A stretch of DNA of 63,080 bases, filler included, from Cercozoa sp. M6MM (lineage: Eukaryota; Protista; Endomyxa: Ascetosporea): assembly GCA_040357565.1 (NCBI GenBank). It is 10 parts of 10 records of this genome, joined end to end, with 100 filler letters (N's around TTAATTAATTAA, not from the genome) between each part and the next. Parts side by side here need not be neighbours in the genome. Positions count along the whole stretch, not along the records: positions 58,523 to 61,862 come from JBDODJ010001495.1; positions 61,963 to 63,080 come from JBDODJ010002162.1; 8 more parts are not named here. One strand, 5' to 3'. Both the position numbers and the translations under genes were made by a program. The notes under the pieces were generated by a model. It was not told where the DNA came from. It ran no database searches and saw nothing but the letters and a program-made list of their open reading frames with translations. Below are positions 59,450-63,080 of the stretch, piece after piece. Numbering within the stretch: the first letter of the stretch is position 1; each line of letters opens with the position of its first letter.

Positions 59450-61039
59450 ATGGCTTTCAAATCAGGGTGCTTTCAAATTGTCACCGTGCTGTTGGCGTTC
59501 CTGCCTCTTCTCATCGATGTCGCTGTGCGGGCTTGCACTGAAGTGTGTGTAACTGGGGAAGCTGAAGCTAGCCACACAGTTCATGAGGAAAATCAGGAAA
59601 TGATCATTGGGCGAACTCTCGACTTTGCTATGCCAATGTGTATGATGGCTTTTAGCATACCAGCACCGAACTAACTATTTGCTCTCTGGAAGTGATTGTG
59701 CTGCAGACAACACAGTCAAGCTCCTTCCTTGTGGAGCGTCTCTTCAGTTCGATTCGCCGAGCGCTGTTGGTCAAGGCTACTCGGCAAAGGCACGGTATGG
59801 GCTTATGTACGTGACCGCTTTTGGCGTCGAGGCTGCTCTGGACGGAATGAACTCGGAGGGTCTCTCCTTTTCCGTGCACACACTGTATGAGGAGGCACAT
59901 TTCCCGGAGGCTCACAACATCACTGCCGACAGGGCCGACTACGGGGTCGGAAACCACCAGCTAGGTTTGTATCTCCTGGCAATGCATGCAACTGTGGACG
60001 AAGTGGTCGACCAGTTGACGAAAGGAGAAAGGTGCCGTATCGATGCGGGCCGGCACGAGTTTTGTCGGGGTCCTGGGGCCCCACTTGCCGTGTTTGGACA
60101 GTACTTCTTTGCCACATCGGCCAAGATGCTCGTGCCGGAGATCCATTACTCGGTACAGTACATGTGCCTCAAATTGACGCTGCGACACTGCAGGAAAGTC
60201 ATCATACATTAAATATATGGGCCACCTATATGTCCAGGTCTGGGACAAGAGCGGGAAGGGAGCCGTGCTAGAGTGGGTGCGAGATCCTTCGACACAAAAG
60301 TCAATTCTGCGCGTGCATTCGAACACGCTAGGAGTCTTCACAAACACTCCGACCTTTGACTACCACAAGCACTCGGTGCGATACTACAACCACCTCTCGA
60401 AGCACCCTGTGCCTACTATCTCGGTAGCATCCAACGAGACACTCCACCCGCCTGGACTTGGCTCAGGTATCTTACTCCTGCATACTGTAAATTCAGAACA
60501 CAACCTGTACATGGCTGTATTACTTCTGTGCAGGTTTGCACGGAATTCCGGGTGACTGGACCAGCAGTTCGCGCTTCATTCGAGCATTCAAGCTCCTCCA
60601 TGCACATGTAACTTACAGTATCCAGTATCCAGTATATTGGTACTGTGACGATACCAACTGCATGGTTCGGTCAGAAACCTCGCGGCAAGGTCGAAACCTT
60701 AAAGCATGCCATGTCGATCATTGCTTCCGTCACTCAGGTAGCGCCACCACTCACAACGTTCAGCGATAGTTGTTTTTTAAACAGGTGCCAGGAGCGTCGC
60801 TGACCCCGCAGGGTGTCCCAGAGCTCACGCTGTTCCGACTGTACAAGGACCTCAAGCGAAACGTGCTGTACTACGACACCATGTCAGGCGGCGCTCTACG
60901 AGCCATTCGTTTCGGTGACCTCGTGGACACCGAGGGATGCGCCAACCTCGACCCGGAGGTGAGTTTCAAACTGTACGACGACAGCGGCGTAGTCATTCAA
61001 CATCTCGACGTGACGCCACCTTCTACCGCCACAAATTGA
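59450..61039 (+). CDS. Secreted choloylglycine hydrolase/penicillin V acylase-family Ntn-hydrolase
   Basis: Signal peptide ending VAVRA|CT (nucleophile Cys); GRTLDF; DGMNSEGL; IHYS|VWDKSG; GVFTNTPTFDYH; GLGSG|LHGIPGDWTSSSRFIRAF; YKDLKRNVLYY. Confidence 0.92.
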
Positions 61040-61962
61040 TGCGAAGCCTTGCAGTCCAGTAGGGCTTTCAGCTCGCAAATGTGAGTTGTAGACTGTATTT
61101 TATTCTGTGCTCAATTGTACACATCCCAGACACCTCACGCGAGCGCGATTAGAGGTTTAGGAAGCTTTATGACAAAGGAAATACCGTTGACAGGTCATGA
61201 TTGTGCTCAAAAGGTCACTAGTCACCTTGTGGGTGAAGAAACGTCCGGGCGGCAGACTTTTTTGCAAGTCTCGATTTTTGCTCCTGCTCGAGGGCTTGTC
61301 GGAAGGTGTCACGTGGGTTTTGTGAGTTTCTGAGCCACTGCTGCGCCCAACTGACGTCTAATCTATGCACTGTCGTTGCAGTGAGCCTGGACCTATGTGG
61401 CGTGGCGGGCTCAGCGTCACCGTGTTGGTAGTATACCACGCTGACACCCAACGAAATTGTGATTTGTGCTGGTTTTTGTGGCAAAAATTGAGTGCACGGC
61501 ACGCGATTTGGACGATTTGAACAAAAAATCCACAAGACTCTCACCACACACACACATTGTAGGTTAGACTTGTACAAGAACAAGCGAGATAAAGCAAGAG
61601 AAGTGCCTGGAGCACTAAGAAGACAGAGTTGTGAGCTTTGGGATGGTATGTTTTTCTGTCTTGGCGTAGACTTGAACTGTCTCTGGTGTCAGAATGCACT
61701 GTGGGAGTGCTTTGGTGCTGTTGCGAGTGCCGTGTCATCGTATTTTTTGGCGCGGAGCTTGCTTGAGTATCTTTTTTTCTCGTCTGTTTTTGTTTTTGTG
61801 CTTTTTCTTTCTTGTTTTTGTTGTGTCGTCAGGCAGGCCAAACAAACATGCATGGCGATCAANNNNNNNNNNNNNNNNNNNNNNNNNNNNNNNNNNNNNN
61901 NNNNNNTTAATTAATTAANNNNNNNNNNNNNNNNNNNNNNNNNNNNNNNNNNNNNNNNNNNN

Positions 61963-63080
61963 TGTATATGTATTATATATATATGTATATATCATTTATA
62001 TATCTATATATATATATATATATATATCTTTGTAGAAATATATGTTTGTTATATATAGATATATACAAATATCTATATATCTTTGTATATATATATCTTT
62101 GTATATATATTTGCAATGTGGCTACAGATCGACGAGGACTTGTTCGACGAACTGGACGACTTCGCCGCCGAGCTGGACGCTGAGCTCGCCAACATCTGAG
62201 CCGAGCCGAGTTTAAGCCGAGCTTGAGCCGAACCTGACATGAGTCTTGAGTCGGTTTAGCTAGTATAGTCGAGTACGAGTAATCGAGACTGGGAACTCAG
62301 TGTTAACAAGGCCAGCAAACGAAACAGTAGCCAGTACAGTAGGTATCCGCCGTTACTTAGTCCTGCATGCCCTGATCAGTCGACTCGACCTGGATCACTC
62401 GACCTGGTTGGTGGAGTCGTTCATCATGGCCGAGTCGTTGATGCCGCTGAGATCGGCCACGCGCAGTCGGCTGCCGTTGGCGCCTCTGAACACACGGCAG
62501 TTTTACCCCCCCCCCCNNNNNNNNNNTGTATATGTATTATATATATATGTATATATCATTTATATATCTATATATATATATATATATATATCTTTGTAGA
62601 AATATATGTTTGTTATATATAGATATATACAAATATCTATATATCTTTGTATATATATATCTTTGTATATATATTTGCAATGTGGCTACAGATCGACGAG
62701 GACTTGTTCGACGAACTGGACGACTTCGCCGCCGAGCTGGACGCTGAGCTCGCCAACATCTGAGCCGAGCCGAGTTTAAGCCGAGCTTGAGCCGAACCTG
62801 ACATGAGTCTTGAGTCGGTTTAGCTAGTATAGTCGAGTACGAGTAATCGAGACTGGGAACTCAGTGTTAACAAGGCCAGCAAACGAAACAGTAGCCAGTA
62901 CAGTAGGTATCCGCCGTTACTTAGTCCTGCATGCCCTGATCAGTCGACTCGACCTGGATCACTCGACCTGGTTGGTGGAGTCGTTCATCATGGCCGAGTC
63001 GTTGATGCCGCTGAGATCGGCCACGCGCAGTCGGCTGCCGTTGGCGCCTCTGAACACACGGCAGTTTTACCCCCCCCCCC
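61963..63080. other. Exact 554-bp direct duplication across a 10-N gap (assembly artefact); contains the terminal exons of two convergent genes
   Basis: 61963-62516 is identical to 62527-63080. Plus-strand exon IDEDLFDELDDFAAELDAELANI* at 62128-62199; minus-strand exon ...DLSGINDSAMMNDSTNQVE*. Confidence 0.9.

Noticed and set aside
61963-63080. 554-bp tandem duplication
   Set aside because: Identical copies bounded by a gap and by low-complexity ends indicate a scaffolding artefact.

Overview
Gene-dense, intron-rich eukaryotic (protist) nuclear DNA. It uses the standard genetic code (TAA, TAG and TGA all act as stops) and mostly short GT-AG introns. The window joins about 10 unlinked contigs through artificial N-TTAATTAATTAA-N linkers, so adjacency across linkers means nothing. 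By manual splicing I recognise: the N-terminal part of cytoplasmic dynein-1 heavy chain, ISCU, a VIT-vWA (VWA5A-like) protein, PLAC8, a tandem-SCP2 protein, TAF12, BOLA3, a DysF-domain protein, a MyTH4-SH3 protein, an NTMT1-like methyltransferase, PNO1, a secreted Gly/Tyr-rich modular protein, VDAC, RPS11, a nucleus-encoded ATP synthase subunit b, a SAXO-like ciliary protein, a cupin-like/2-aminomuconate-deaminase (RidA family) fusion, an ABHD1-3-like hydrolase, the DNAJC11 C-terminus and a secreted bacterial-type choloylglycine hydrolase/penicillin V acylase. Together these point to a flagellated organism with a conventional mitochondrion; I cannot assign taxonomy. Most notable: (1) a textbook 9/4 tRNA-Sec(UCA) gene nested, on the same strand, in an unusually long intron of a protein-coding gene and followed by closely spaced A-tracts; (2) a TGTTACGG...CCGTAACA LTR family with Ty3/gypsy integrase relics found repeatedly just downstream of stop codons; (3) two intron-containing bacterial-type enzymes; (4) strand-asymmetric C-rich intronic satellites. 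All product calls come from remembered family motifs, not from database searches, and exon boundaries are manual.
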